Below are positions 31,138 through 41,312 of a stretch of 64,000 nucleotides of DNA, one piece after another (positions within the stretch are counted from its first letter, which is position 1; the number at the start of each line of letters is the position of its first letter). A program made the position numbers and the translations under genes. The notes under the pieces are model-generated. The model was not told the DNA's origin. It searched no databases and saw only the letters and a list, made by a program, of their open reading frames with translations. Where the stretch lies: assembly GCA_050014195.1 (NCBI GenBank), contig JBEKDT010000004.1, positions 128,001-192,000 of the forward strand, written 5' to 3'. This DNA comes from Desulfomonilia bacterium. GTDB taxonomy: Bacteria > Desulfobacterota > Desulfomonilia > UBA1062.

Positions 31138-31983
31138 TCAATCCTCCCTATAAGGCCCATGCTGATGATACAAACCGGGGTGGTAATGTTCAGGGGGTTT
31201 GCCGTGCTCATCGCGGGGCAGTATAGGATCCCGTAGTCGCTTGATAGAGATGGCCTTCTCGGGGCAGGCATAGAAACAGAGCCCGCAGCCGAAGCAGTTC
31301 CCCTCGGTCCTGCTCCTGCCGTCCACGCTCCTGCGGGCCGAGAAGGGGCATGCCTCGATGCATTTCCCGCAGGCCTTGCACCTTTCAGAATCGGTTACCG
31401 CCATGAAGTAGCCGTCTATGAGCGGATAATTCCGCTGCGAGAGCTCGCGGTTGATGATGTAGGGCACGCAGCCGCACGTGCAGCAGTTGCAGATGACGTA
31501 TTCGTTGTAGAGATTGATCGGGCAGTAGATAAAGACCATGTGGAACATGCCGAGCTCATGGGTCTGCTTCACAATGGCCTTGGCCTCTTCCCTGGAGATC
31601 CGGCGGTACTGGTGGGGAAAGGCCTTCATCCAGGCATCGTACCCGGTGCGCATGACGATATCGGTCTCAAGGGGGTGGGGGCACGACCTGTGGCCCATCC
31701 GGCAGCGGCACGGGCCCACCGCGATGGGTCCTGTCAGGCCGTCGATCATGGCGAGCACCTCGCCAAAAGGCATGGGCCTGGCAGTGTCTCCCAGGTAGCC
31801 GAAGGGCCGGGCAAGCAGGAACCCCGCCACGGCACGGAACCAGCCCATGCGGCCGATCCATTTGAACCTGCCCCTCAAGAGGTGGAAACAGATCTTCAGG
31901 AGAGGGACCTCGATAAAGGCGAAGATATAGAGCGTGAAACGCCTGAAGCGGCTCTGCTCCGCAGTGATGCCGTGGACGAGCAT
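31138..31983 (-). CDS. 4Fe-4S dicluster-binding protein
   Basis: CRCR, ICNCCTCGC, CKACGKCIEACP, CFGCGLCFYACP. Confidence 0.88.
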   Translation of the reverse strand: MLVHGITAEQSRFRRFTLYIFAFIEVPLLKICFHLLRGRFKWIGRMGWFRAVAGFLLARPFGYLGDTARPMPFGEVLAMIDGLTGPIAVGPCRCRMGHRSCPHPLETDIVMRTGYDAWMKAFPHQYRRISREEAKAIVKQTHELGMFHMVFIYCPINLYNEYVICNCCTCGCVPYIINRELSQRNYPLIDGYFMAVTDSERCKACGKCIEACPFSARRSVDGRSRTEGNCFGCGLCFYACPEKAISIKRLRDPILPRDEHGKPPEHYHPGLYHQHGPYRED

Positions 31984-31989
31984 GCAGGC

Positions 31990-33327
31990 CTATTCCACCT
32001 TTTGGGCTTTGGAGAACATGCCCTTCGCCCCTATCACGCCCTTGAAGAATGTGAGGAGAACCGGCCGCAGGAATTTTGCCGCGATGAGCGGCTCCAGGGG
32101 CTTGAGCAGGGCAATGCGGTCTTTCCACTGCGGAAACTGATTCGGGTTCGCAGCGATCGGCTCCAGCCACATGCGGCCGTGAAAGCGGCCCATGTACGAG
32201 GCGCACTTGTACAGGGCCGTTGCCGTGATGAAGTCATCGGCCCGCTCACGCTCCCTCGCAACAGGCTGCTCGCCCGTTGCTTTCTGCAGCAGCTCCAGGA
32301 AGTAGTGCAGGGGCTGTGAATCGGGCCACAGGCGCTTGGCCGTGGAGAGCATGTGCGTGCATCCGGTGCAGAAGGTCACGAAGATGTCGGCCCTTGTTGC
32401 GAGCCCCTCCTCCACCCTGCGGTGGGCCACTTTAGCCATGCGTTCAACCTCAAAGGTCGTGCACCCGCAACCGAGACCGCAGCAGAGAGACGTCTTCCGG
32501 TTATGCCTCATCTCCACCGGGGTGAGTCCCAGCATGCTTAAAAGGTCGCGGGCCAGGTCGTAAAACTTGTCATTGTAAGGCCTGAAGAAACAGGGATCGT
32601 GCACCGCAGCGGTCCCTGAAAGACTGTTCGTTATCTTGATCTTCCCGGAGTCGATCCTTTCACGCAGCACCTCCAGCAGATGCACCACTTCGAAGCCATG
32701 ATCCACTCCCAGCTTCTCGGGGTGGAATCTGCCGAACATATAGTTACAGCCAGCGCAGAAGGTGACCATGCGCTGAAGCCCCATCTTCTTGAAATGGGTC
32801 TGGAGGCGCTCTGCGATCTCTTTCGTCGCGTCCATGAAGCCCATCTGGTAGTAATAGGTCCCGCAGCAGAGCTTCTGGCTGCCGTGGATCTTCATCCCAT
32901 CGAGCAGCTTTGTCTGCGTGATGAAGGGCAGCAAGGAGGTGTTGCAGCCCGGGAAGAGGATCTCATCGGCCTCGCACGGGCTCTCCCAATCGGTGAGAAG
33001 CTGCTTCTCGTCTGCGGGGAGACGTGCCTGGACGTAACTCCACAGGTTCGGCTGCAGATAAGGAAGAAGCACCCCGCCCTTTCTCGGCATCCCGGTAGCC
33101 CGGTATCTCTTCTCCAAGAGGCTCAGTATCAGGTCATACGGGTCATTCCCCTGGGGGCATAATTCCGTGCAGGCCAGGCAGCTTGCACAGCTCTCCAGAA
33201 GTCGCTGCGAGGGCGAACCGGCTATTGCCCGGACTATCTCTTCCTTCGCCTCTGTAAGCGGAAGCTCCATGAAAGGGCATTTATGAAGACAGATGCCGCA
33301 TTGTGTGCATGCCTGCTCGTCGAACAT
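31990..33327 (-). CDS. GlpC/HdrD-like Fe-S oxidoreductase with CCG domains
   Basis: Two CxxCxxCxxxCP motifs, two CCG motifs, HDPC. Confidence 0.88.
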   Translation of the reverse strand: MFDEQACTQCGICLHKCPFMELPLTEAKEEIVRAIAGSPSQRLLESCASCLACTELCPQGNDPYDLILSLLEKRYRATGMPRKGGVLLPYLQPNLWSYVQARLPADEKQLLTDWESPCEADEILFPGCNTSLLPFITQTKLLDGMKIHGSQKLCCGTYYYQMGFMDATKEIAERLQTHFKKMGLQRMVTFCAGCNYMFGRFHPEKLGVDHGFEVVHLLEVLRERIDSGKIKITNSLSGTAAVHDPCFFRPYNDKFYDLARDLLSMLGLTPVEMRHNRKTSLCCGLGCGCTTFEVERMAKVAHRRVEEGLATRADIFVTFCTGCTHMLSTAKRLWPDSQPLHYFLELLQKATGEQPVARERERADDFITATALYKCASYMGRFHGRMWLEPIAANPNQFPQWKDRIALLKPLEPLIAAKFLRPVLLTFFKGVIGAKGMFSKAQKVE

Positions 33328-33426
33328 CCGTTGCCTCCTTGTTCAGTTGCCTTCATTCAAAGTGATGGATCTTCCTTTAAATATTTTATAAAGAACCGTG
33401 CTTTCTCTTCATGATCCTCGGTCCGG

Positions 33427-34377
33427 TCACTTTATATCGAGGAACTTCTTCGCAGCGGCTGCGGTTCGAACCGGATCTTCTTCATGCGGTACATGGCCCA
33501 GTGTGTCGAATATCACGAGCTGGCTGCCTGTAATGTCATGGTGGAACCGCGCGGCGTTGTCGGGAGGAATCAATCGGTCGCGCCCGCCCCACAGGATCAG
33601 GGTCGGGAGCTTGAGTTCCCGGATGCGGTATGCGTCGCTTCCCGGCTGCGCCTGTTTGAACCGCTCAGCCAGGGCATGCCGGTTGCCCGCACGCAGGGTG
33701 ATCTCATAATACCTGTCTACCAGCTCCGGCGTCACCCGGCTCGGGTCGCCGTAGACCTCGCGTACGCTTGATGCTACGATATGGCGCGGCAGTGTTATGT
33801 CCAGCAGCCGGTTCAGCACCGGTATCCGGGCTATGCGGAAACCGATGGGGATCGAGGTGGAATTCCGAGGGTAACCGTTCGCGTCCACCAGGATAAGCTT
33901 GTCTATGCGGTCCGGCAAAGAAAGCGCGGTCTCCCATGCAACCCAGCCGCCGAACGAATTGCCCGCCAGCACACAGTGCCGTATGCCGAGCTTGTCCAAC
34001 ATCGCTCTCATGAAGCGCACATAGCTCGGAATCGTATAGTCACCGTCCGGCGAAGGACCGGTCAGGCCGAATCCGGGCAGGTCGAAACTGATCGTACGAC
34101 GCTGCCCCTTGAGTGAGTGCACCCACCCTTCCCAGGTATGGAGGCTCGACGAGGTGCCGTGGATCAGGATGATGGGACAAGGGTCACCCCGCGGGCCTTC
34201 ATCGCGCAGGTGCACCTTCATGCCGGCAACATCGAGGAATACTGACGGAGCCGGGGCCCAGCGTGCCTGAAGTTCGGAAACCGCTCGGTCGGGTGCGAAG
34301 GTGGCGGCTATGGATACCACAACCACGAGCACCAACGCGGCAAGGATTCCGGCAGCGATCTTTGCAGCAGTCTTCAT
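33427..34377 (-). CDS. Alpha/beta hydrolase with N-terminal anchor
   Basis: HGTSSS, DLPGFG, GNSFGG nucleophile elbow, GHVPHEE. Confidence 0.92.
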   Translation of the reverse strand: MKTAAKIAAGILAALVLVVVVSIAATFAPDRAVSELQARWAPAPSVFLDVAGMKVHLRDEGPRGDPCPIILIHGTSSSLHTWEGWVHSLKGQRRTISFDLPGFGLTGPSPDGDYTIPSYVRFMRAMLDKLGIRHCVLAGNSFGGWVAWETALSLPDRIDKLILVDANGYPRNSTSIPIGFRIARIPVLNRLLDITLPRHIVASSVREVYGDPSRVTPELVDRYYEITLRAGNRHALAERFKQAQPGSDAYRIRELKLPTLILWGGRDRLIPPDNAARFHHDITGSQLVIFDTLGHVPHEEDPVRTAAAAKKFLDIK

Positions 34378-34575
34378 GGCGTCTCCCCTTTTGGTGAAAC
34401 CGGTTCAGGTGATCTCCCCGGTGAATTCCAGGGACACCATGAGAATGTTATCTCAGAAGAAACCCCGGAATTCCAGTAAAAATAATGGCAGAGCCTTCGA
34501 TCCCTGCCATCATCATCCATGGTGTTTTTATATCGACCGACTCTACAATCTACCAGGGGATCTCAATATCGGTCC

Positions 34576-35004
34576 TTACGATTCCATCCTATCCTTGAGG
34601 TTCTCCATATTCATTTTGGTCTCTCGTTCGTTGCGTCTCAGGAGGACCTTCTCTGCTAACCTGCCCAGCACCGGCAAAGGGATGGAATAATCGATGTCCA
34701 GGTCCAGGATGGTGAAATCTCCTTTCGGCTCGAACTTGCAGGTCCAGATACTCTCGATACCCCCCTTGCTCTTGAGCACGAGTTTTTTCTCCGGGATATC
34801 TTCGGTAACGGTCGTCTCTCCGTCAAACTTCATGCCGGCCATCTTCCAGGACCACTTGAACTGTCTCCCCTGTCCGGAGCCCCTCACATCCCTTACATCG
34901 ATCATATTCGTGATGTGCTCCGGGGCATTCTCCGGATTGTCCAGGTATTCATAAACCTTCTTGACCGGCGCCTTGATCTCGATACTGCTGTGAATCTTCG
35001 GCAT
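34576..35004 (-). CDS. SRPBCC (polyketide cyclase/START-like) protein
   Basis: MPKIHSSIEIKAPVKKVYEYL..; start at ATG 35004 with AGGAGG. Confidence 0.85.
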   Translation of the reverse strand: MPKIHSSIEIKAPVKKVYEYLDNPENAPEHITNMIDVRDVRGSGQGRQFKWSWKMAGMKFDGETTVTEDIPEKKLVLKSKGGIESIWTCKFEPKGDFTILDLDIDYSIPLPVLGRLAEKVLLRRNERETKMNMENLKDRMES

Positions 35005-35423
35005 ACGTGCTTCCCTCCTTTTTCCATTTCGAATTCCCCATGGGATACCCCATGAGGTAAGACCGTGGAGATTCACCCCCTTTCTCCTTAGTATGGAAAG
35101 TCCTCATTCAAGCTCCATCCCAGTGCAGCGGGTATAAAATGGGTAATCAAAAGGTCGTGCGATCAGAATAACAATGTTGTGTGATCAGAAAATATCATGG
35201 CATGCATAAATACAGAGTACATTCTATAATGAGACTTCATAGTAATACGCCCGGCACCGGAGAAGTCAAGGGATGCAACATGACAAAAAAAGGTGAGCGT
35301 TTTATTTTTCACCGTGCCCCTTATCCCCCACCTTCACCCCTGACGATAGCAATAACTATCTTGACAGGATGCTCTTCCTGGAAAAAACCTTGTCCATAAA
35401 CACATTCTCCTTAGTTATTTTCC

Positions 35424-37493
35424 CTACCGGAGGACTACTACGGCATCTACCGCAATGAGCCCCTTGTCTGTCGCCATAAGCGGATTGATGTCGATCTCTG
35501 ATATACGGTTCCCGGCGGCCCCGAGTGCTCCAACCTTTACGATGATGTCGGCAAGCGCTTCGCGGTTGACCGGCGGCATGCCGCGGAAGCCGTCAAGCAA
35601 GCGCTGCCCCTTGATCCTGCCGATGATCCGGAGCGCCTCCTCGTGTGTGATGGGCGCAACGGCAAAGGCAACATCCTGAAAGGCCTCTGCCATTACCCCC
35701 CCGAGCCCGACCATCACGCATGCGCCAAATTGTTTATCCCGGAACATACCCACGATGATTTCCACTGATTTGCCCAGCTGTTTCTGGATGCACACCGTGC
35801 CTTTCCCATCCATTGCAGGCATGAGCTCTTTATAAGCACTGACTATTGCATGGCGGTTGTCGATATTCAGCCGCACAAGCCCGCGCTCGGTCTTGTGGGT
35901 AATGCCCGGCATAAGGCCCTTTACGACCACCGGATACCCGAGCCGCTCTGCTGCAGCTATGCAGGCATCCGGGCTTTCAGAGAGTATTTCCTCAACCACG
36001 GGTATGCCGTTTGCACGCAGCAGAGCCTTTGCAGCATGCTCGTCGAGAGGCCCCGGCTCTGCATGATCGATTTCCATGTTGGATCGTCTCGGTGCAATAA
36101 TCCCGCCCCCTAGTTCTTCTGACTTTCCCCTGAAGACAGCTGCCATGCACTCAACAGCACGGGACAACTCCTGGAATACAGGGATCCCGTACTGCCTGGC
36201 CTCTTCAAACACGCTAAACGCGGCATCGCGGCGCCCGAGAAGCCAGATAAAGACCGGTTTGCCGCTGCTGCGCGACTGTTCGGCAATATCCTTCAGGTTC
36301 ATCCCTATCCTTGAGCTCCCTGCCATGACCAGTATGAGCGCACCATCAATCCCCGGGTCATTGAAGAGGCTGCGGATAGATCTGCCGTACACATCCACGT
36401 CCGAACCCAGGTGCCGTTCAATGGCCGGCCAGATATCTACCGGATTATTCACAGGCATCCATAACGGGTATAGCTGCTGAAGGTCTTCTTTACACCGGGG
36501 AGAGAGTTCGGCAACCGAGAGGCCGTGCTCTTCAAGAAAATCCGCACTGACGATTCCGGCCCCGCCGCTGAAGGTTAGGACGGCAATACGCCCCGGTCCG
36601 GCAGGTTTCTTTGGATACGCGGCCAGTGAACGGCAGAGGTCCATCATCTGTTTGAAGTCCTTGGCCTCATGGACACCGGTCTGCGCAAGCACCCCCTCGA
36701 CTACGCGGTGGTTGCTCGCCATTGAGGCGGTATGGCTCATTGCAGCCTCGGCCCCCTTCCGGCTCTTGCCGCTCTTCAACACCACGAGGGGCTTGGTGCT
36801 GCTCCGGCATATTTCTGCAAAGCGTCTGGCCTGAGGGATCGATTCAAGGTACATCCCCACTACAGCCGTGTCAGGATCCTCAAAAAGCGCAGGAAGGATA
36901 TCGCACTCGTTCACGTCTATCTTGTTTCCTACGCTGCATACCTTGCTGATGCCCATGATGCCATGGCTCATGATATCAACCAGGAAGCCGGCAGAGAGCA
37001 TGCCGCTCTGCACAATGAGCGAAACATTGCCGGGTGTGAGCCCTGCCTGGAGATACGTTGGGTCCATGAAGGAAAAGACGTGTCTGTTGACTGCATCCAC
37101 CAGCCCCATGCAGTTGGGGCCCCAGATACGGATGCCTGTCTCTTTCCCGATCCTGACAAGCTCCTCCTGGAGCCTGCGCCCTTCTGAGCCTATCTCTGCA
37201 AAGCCGCCGGTTTCGATGATGACCCCTTTTACATGAGCCGATGCACAATCCCTTACTGCGCCCGGTACCGCTGCGGCTGGGACAAAGACAACGGCCAGGT
37301 CCACAGGCTTATTGATCTTGCCGACAGAGGCATAACATGTAAGCCCCTCGATCTCGTGGTAATTCGGATTTACCGGGAAGATATCTCCCTTATAACCGAT
37401 GATAAGGTTTCTCAGTATCGAATTCCCACCTTTTTGCCTGTTCGGCGTGGCCCCGATGACAGCTATTCCCTGTGGTTTGAAAAAGAATTCCAT
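35424..37493 (-). CDS. Acetate-CoA ligase (ADP-forming), fused alpha + ATP-grasp beta
   Basis: GPNCMG, SHTAS, C-terminal HKTERG, GLGG, DINP. Confidence 0.92.
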   Translation of the reverse strand: MEFFFKPQGIAVIGATPNRQKGGNSILRNLIIGYKGDIFPVNPNYHEIEGLTCYASVGKINKPVDLAVVFVPAAAVPGAVRDCASAHVKGVIIETGGFAEIGSEGRRLQEELVRIGKETGIRIWGPNCMGLVDAVNRHVFSFMDPTYLQAGLTPGNVSLIVQSGMLSAGFLVDIMSHGIMGISKVCSVGNKIDVNECDILPALFEDPDTAVVGMYLESIPQARRFAEICRSSTKPLVVLKSGKSRKGAEAAMSHTASMASNHRVVEGVLAQTGVHEAKDFKQMMDLCRSLAAYPKKPAGPGRIAVLTFSGGAGIVSADFLEEHGLSVAELSPRCKEDLQQLYPLWMPVNNPVDIWPAIERHLGSDVDVYGRSIRSLFNDPGIDGALILVMAGSSRIGMNLKDIAEQSRSSGKPVFIWLLGRRDAAFSVFEEARQYGIPVFQELSRAVECMAAVFRGKSEELGGGIIAPRRSNMEIDHAEPGPLDEHAAKALLRANGIPVVEEILSESPDACIAAAERLGYPVVVKGLMPGITHKTERGLVRLNIDNRHAIVSAYKELMPAMDGKGTVCIQKQLGKSVEIIVGMFRDKQFGACVMVGLGGVMAEAFQDVAFAVAPITHEEALRIIGRIKGQRLLDGFRGMPPVNREALADIIVKVGALGAAGNRISEIDINPLMATDKGLIAVDAVVVLR

Positions 37494-37540
37494 GTGTGCC
37501 TCCTGGTGTGTTTATGGTCCGAACAAACGGCGTACCTGGC

Positions 37541-37837
37541 TTACTGCTGAATCGAATAGTGGCGGTAAATCTCAAAGAAACAGTCGAGCTTTTCCCAGTC
37601 TGCCATTTCTTCCGTTTTCCTGCTGGCGCCCCATTTTACGAACCGCTTCCTGGCACGCTCAATGATAGCCAGGCCGAGATCGCACTTGGCAGGAAAATGG
37701 TAATGTATGGCAGCGTTCTTTATTCCTAAAGAGACGGCTATGTTGGCATAACTGAAGCCGTTAAAGCCCTGCACAAGGAGCAGCTTTTCTCCAAGATCGA
37801 TTATCTTTGATCTCGTATCACCCGGCGATCTGCCCAC
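37541..37837 (-). CDS. TetR-family regulator, apparently C-terminally truncated
   Basis: GFNGFSYANIA..GIKNAAIHYHFPAK HTH; only 98 aa. Confidence 0.75.
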   Translation of the reverse strand: MGRSPGDTRSKIIDLGEKLLLVQGFNGFSYANIAVSLGIKNAAIHYHFPAKCDLGLAIIERARKRFVKWGASRKTEEMADWEKLDCFFEIYRHYSIQQ

Positions 37838-37857
37838 AACAATCTCCTTGTAACCTT

Positions 37858-37875
37858 ACTTACTAGTTAGTAAGT
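37858..37875. promoter_or_regulatory. Candidate TetR operator
   Basis: Perfect dyad ACTTACTA-GT-TAGTAAGT 20 nt upstream of the TetR start. Confidence 0.6.
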
Positions 37876-37950
37876 TTGCTGTCAAGTGATGATTTATTGT
37901 CTTTGAATACTTTGATAAAATGTAATTATTTCTTTGGAATGGAGCCCGAT

Positions 37951-37978
37951 TGGCAAAAAGGGGATATTTATTTTTTAG
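37951..37978. repeat. REP-like motif A, copy 2
   Basis: tggcaaaaaggggatatttattttttag vs 6878-6906. Confidence 0.65.
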
Positions 37979-38182
37979 GAATAGAAAATATTTCTGGCCC
38001 CTGTTCCTGCTGGACCAGTGCTTCCGTGGGTCTCACGCTGGCCTCCTTTTTTTGGTGGACCCAGTTATCTTACCATCACGAGCAGCATCTTGAACCTGGA
38101 TCTGAGAATCATGGGACCTGTCTAACAGGCAATGGCCGGGAACTCCTTGATCCAGGTCAAGAAAAGGGGTGCGTTTCTCTTT

Positions 38183-38719
38183 TCAACCCGCAGCTGCCGC
38201 GAGCACTGCATCCAGGTCCGCATGGTCCCCGGCGAATTTATTGCGGTGCTGGAATATGAGCTTTTTACCCGGGCCCAGGACAAAGACGCCGCCCTGCTGC
38301 CAATTATCACCGTCCATGCGGCCCTGGCGGAAACCTTCTCTCATGGCCTGGATGCCGCGGATCAGAGATGCAGGGCCCAGCGTTTTCCAGAAGCCGCGCT
38401 CGAGCTTGAAGGCCCTGTACGCGCTGAGGTCCTGGTTGACAAACATCTCTCCGGTGAAATGGAGCTTCTCGATGAAATGCCTCGCACCTTCGGGGCTACC
38501 GCTCCCGATGGCAACCAGTGGTATTCCGGCCTCATCCAGTTTTTCCTTGATGCCCATGAGGGCAGCAGCCTGCTGCCGTGCGAACATTCAGCCGAAATGG
38601 CGGAGAAAGGCAAGCACGATGCGCCTGCCCGCCCATAGTGACTCAAGCTTGACCTCATTTTGCTCAAGAGACAGTACAGTTACGCCATCAATACGGGGCT
38701 TCAGTTCATCATAGGTCAT
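38183..38719 (-). CDS. AhpC/TSA (PRXL2/SelU-like) probable selenoprotein, in-frame UGA at 38588-38590
   Basis: Two track ORFs abut in frame: LAFLRHFG-TGA-MFARQQA...QQGGVFV; RBS before ATG 38719; hairpin 10 nt after the UGA. Confidence 0.82.
38561..38577 (-). promoter_or_regulatory. Candidate bacterial SECIS
   Basis: GGCAGCA-GGC-TGCTGCC stem-loop with G in the loop, starting 11 nt 3' of the UGA. Confidence 0.65.
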
Positions 38720-38960
38720 CGCTCCCTCCTGTGCATGCATGGTGTGGATCGGGGTTAATGCCAGCGGGGACAACAGGGCTTTCTCCGCCACGGACAGGAC
38801 CGCACATCTTGTCTCCTTGTGCCATAAGGTTACCCGGCCGGCCTCCTCTCTCTCTACTGTATAAAGGGGGCATTTCGATTTTCAAGACTGAGCGGGGAAT
38901 AACAAGCTCTCTCCCTTCGGTCAAGATGACAATGAAAGAGAAGATACGATGCGCTACCTT

Positions 38961-39000
38961 ATCCCCCTCTACCTGTCCTTCTCCCGCAGGGGAGAAGGGA
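38961..39000. repeat. CCCTCTCCC-type palindromic element (intergenic)
   Basis: atccccctctacctgtccttctcccgcaggggagaaggga. Confidence 0.75.
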
Positions 39001-39111
39001 CTTGGTTGTGTCATTCCGTGGACATTCCCAGGGACAATATGCTGAATTGCAATGAAAAGGGCCTGAGACGATTTTCTTTTTGATCGTATCCGACCCCATG
39101 TATTCCCCTCC

Positions 39112-41076
39112 TCACACCTCGATGGCATCCCCTGCGATGAGCTCTTCAACGGTGATCGCCTCGGCCAGGATAGTGCCGATGGTCTTTGAAAAGATTGCCG
39201 GGTCGTCCACTTTTGAGCCTTCGGCAATGAGCGCCAGGTCTAAGAGGAGACGGGCATAGTCCTTCAGGAGCGGGTCCTTCCTGTTCTTCTCGAACATGAA
39301 CTTGATGTTGGACACGGCCGGGTGGTCTATATTGAGCTCGAGGATCCTCTTGGCAGGCTCGGTCTTCTGCCCCGTCGCCTTCATGATCTTCTCCAGATAG
39401 GGGCTCATGTCATAGGTCTCGCCGGACAGGCAGGCAAGCGAGTCCTTGAGGTGGGTGGAGGCCTTCACTTCCTTTACCCTGTCTTTCAGCTCTTCTTTCA
39501 GGAATCCGAAGAAGTCGCCAAACTCGTGCTTTTTCTTCTCATCCACCGTGCCGAGGCTGAGGTCGCCCTTTTCCGCGCTCACGAATTTCTTATTGTCAAA
39601 TTCCCTCAAGACCTGCACGACAAACTCATCTATGGGGTCTGTCATGAGCACCACCTCAATCCCCTTTTCCTTGAGGCGCTCCAGATGGGGGCTGTTCAGC
39701 AGGGCGGCGGTATTCTCACCGGTGATGTAATAGATTGCATCCTGGTCCGGCTGCATGCGGGAAGTATAATCGGCCAGCGAGACATATTTTCCATCGGAGT
39801 TCGTGGTCTGATACCTCAGGAGCTTCGCAATCCTGTCCCGGTTGTCGTGGTCGGTGGGAATGCCGATCTTCATGACGGGTCCGAACTCGGCATAGAATTG
39901 GTCATACTTTTCCTTGTCCATGCCCTCGAGGAGGTCGAAGATCCGCTTGATGAGGTTCTTGCGGATGTTGACTACCAAGCTGTCCCGCTGGAGGATCTCG
40001 CGGCTGATATTGAGGTTCAGGTCAGGGGCATCGACCACGCCCTGAATGAAGCTGAAGTATTCGGGCATGAGTTCCTTGCAGTCATCCATGATGAACACGC
40101 GCTTGCAGTAGAGGTGTATCCCGTGCCTGCGCTCGCGCATGGTAAAGTCGAGCGGCAGCTTGGAGGGGACGTACAGCAGGGCATTATATTCAGTCGTGCC
40201 TTCGAATTTGATGTGGATGTGCTCCAAGGGCGGGTTCCAGTCATGGCTGATGTGCTTGTAGAACTCGGTGTACTCCTCATCGGTGACCTCGACCTTGCTC
40301 CTGGCCCAGATGGCCTTCATGGAGTTGAGCGTCTCTTCACGCTTCACCTTCCTGGTCGTCTCGCCGATGGTGTTCCCGCTGCTATCCTTTAAGAGCTCGG
40401 CATCAGGGATCGGCTCGTCGCGCTCCACATCCATAACAATAGGGTAGTTCACAAAGTCGGAATGGCGCTTCACCACGCCTCTGATGGTCCATTCGTCGGT
40501 ATAGTCGGGTTCGTCTTCGAGGCGTTCTTTGAGCTTGAGGGTGACCGACGTGCCCCTACCCTTCTTGGTCGTCTCTTCGATGGTGTAGGATCCGTCCCCC
40601 GTGGATTCCCACTTCGTCGCGCTCGAAGCGCCTGCCGCCTTCGTGATGAGGGTGACGTTCTCCGCCACGATGAACGAGCTGTAGAACCCCACGCCGAACT
40701 GGCCGATGAGCTCGGGCGCGATGCTCTGGCTCTTCTTCATGGTATCGATGGCATCGAGAAAGGCCTTGGTGCCGCTCTGGGCAATGGTCCCGATGTTTTC
40801 CACCACCTCGTCAAAGGTCATGCCGATCCCATTGTCCTCGATAGTGATGGTCCCGGCCTTGCGGTCGGGGATAATCCTGATCTTGAATTCGGTGTCTTTC
40901 CCTAAGATGTCGGGTTCGGTCTGCGACTTGAACCTAATCTTGTCGATAGCGTCCGAGGCGTTCGAGATGAGCTCGCGCAAAAAGATCTCGGGATGCGAGT
41001 ACAGCGAGTTGATGATCAGCTTCAGAACCTTGACGACCTCTGCCTTGAACTGATGTGTCTCTTTCTTATGCTCCAT
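39112..41076 (-). CDS. htpG: Hsp90 chaperone HtpG
   Basis: [38 protein letters not shown]. Confidence 0.97.
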   Translation of the reverse strand: MEHKKETHQFKAEVVKVLKLIINSLYSHPEIFLRELISNASDAIDKIRFKSQTEPDILGKDTEFKIRIIPDRKAGTITIEDNGIGMTFDEVVENIGTIAQSGTKAFLDAIDTMKKSQSIAPELIGQFGVGFYSSFIVAENVTLITKAAGASSATKWESTGDGSYTIEETTKKGRGTSVTLKLKERLEDEPDYTDEWTIRGVVKRHSDFVNYPIVMDVERDEPIPDAELLKDSSGNTIGETTRKVKREETLNSMKAIWARSKVEVTDEEYTEFYKHISHDWNPPLEHIHIKFEGTTEYNALLYVPSKLPLDFTMRERRHGIHLYCKRVFIMDDCKELMPEYFSFIQGVVDAPDLNLNISREILQRDSLVVNIRKNLIKRIFDLLEGMDKEKYDQFYAEFGPVMKIGIPTDHDNRDRIAKLLRYQTTNSDGKYVSLADYTSRMQPDQDAIYYITGENTAALLNSPHLERLKEKGIEVVLMTDPIDEFVVQVLREFDNKKFVSAEKGDLSLGTVDEKKKHEFGDFFGFLKEELKDRVKEVKASTHLKDSLACLSGETYDMSPYLEKIMKATGQKTEPAKRILELNIDHPAVSNIKFMFEKNRKDPLLKDYARLLLDLALIAEGSKVDDPAIFSKTIGTILAEAITVEELIAGDAIEV

Positions 41077-41312
41077 GGCACCTCTCCGTTTGTTCCAGTA
41101 TATGAATTATGTCGGATATCATTGGATTACATAGGTATTCATCGCCCAAAAATCAAGGCATAACTATAAACGGTTCGTGCCGGATTCAAATATGAAGGTG
41201 ATCGTCTCCGGTTAACATTCCTTGATGGTTCTTGGCAGGGATGATAAGGATGAACATGTTAGGGTTTTTCCGGATGAAACCCTGTGGTGTGTTCATAATG
41301 GAGGGGAAGGCC

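Noticed and set aside
31984-31992. In-frame TAG between the GlpC-like and 4Fe-4S genes (readthrough/pyrrolysine)
   Set aside because: In-frame spacing has a 1-in-3 chance; the second gene has its own ATG and SD-like GGTGGA; both look complete.
37975-38046. GGAGG + GTG short ORF (MRPTEALVQQ..) running into a REP-like motif, a possible further gene-start relic
   Set aside because: No matching parent gene in the window; too short to support.
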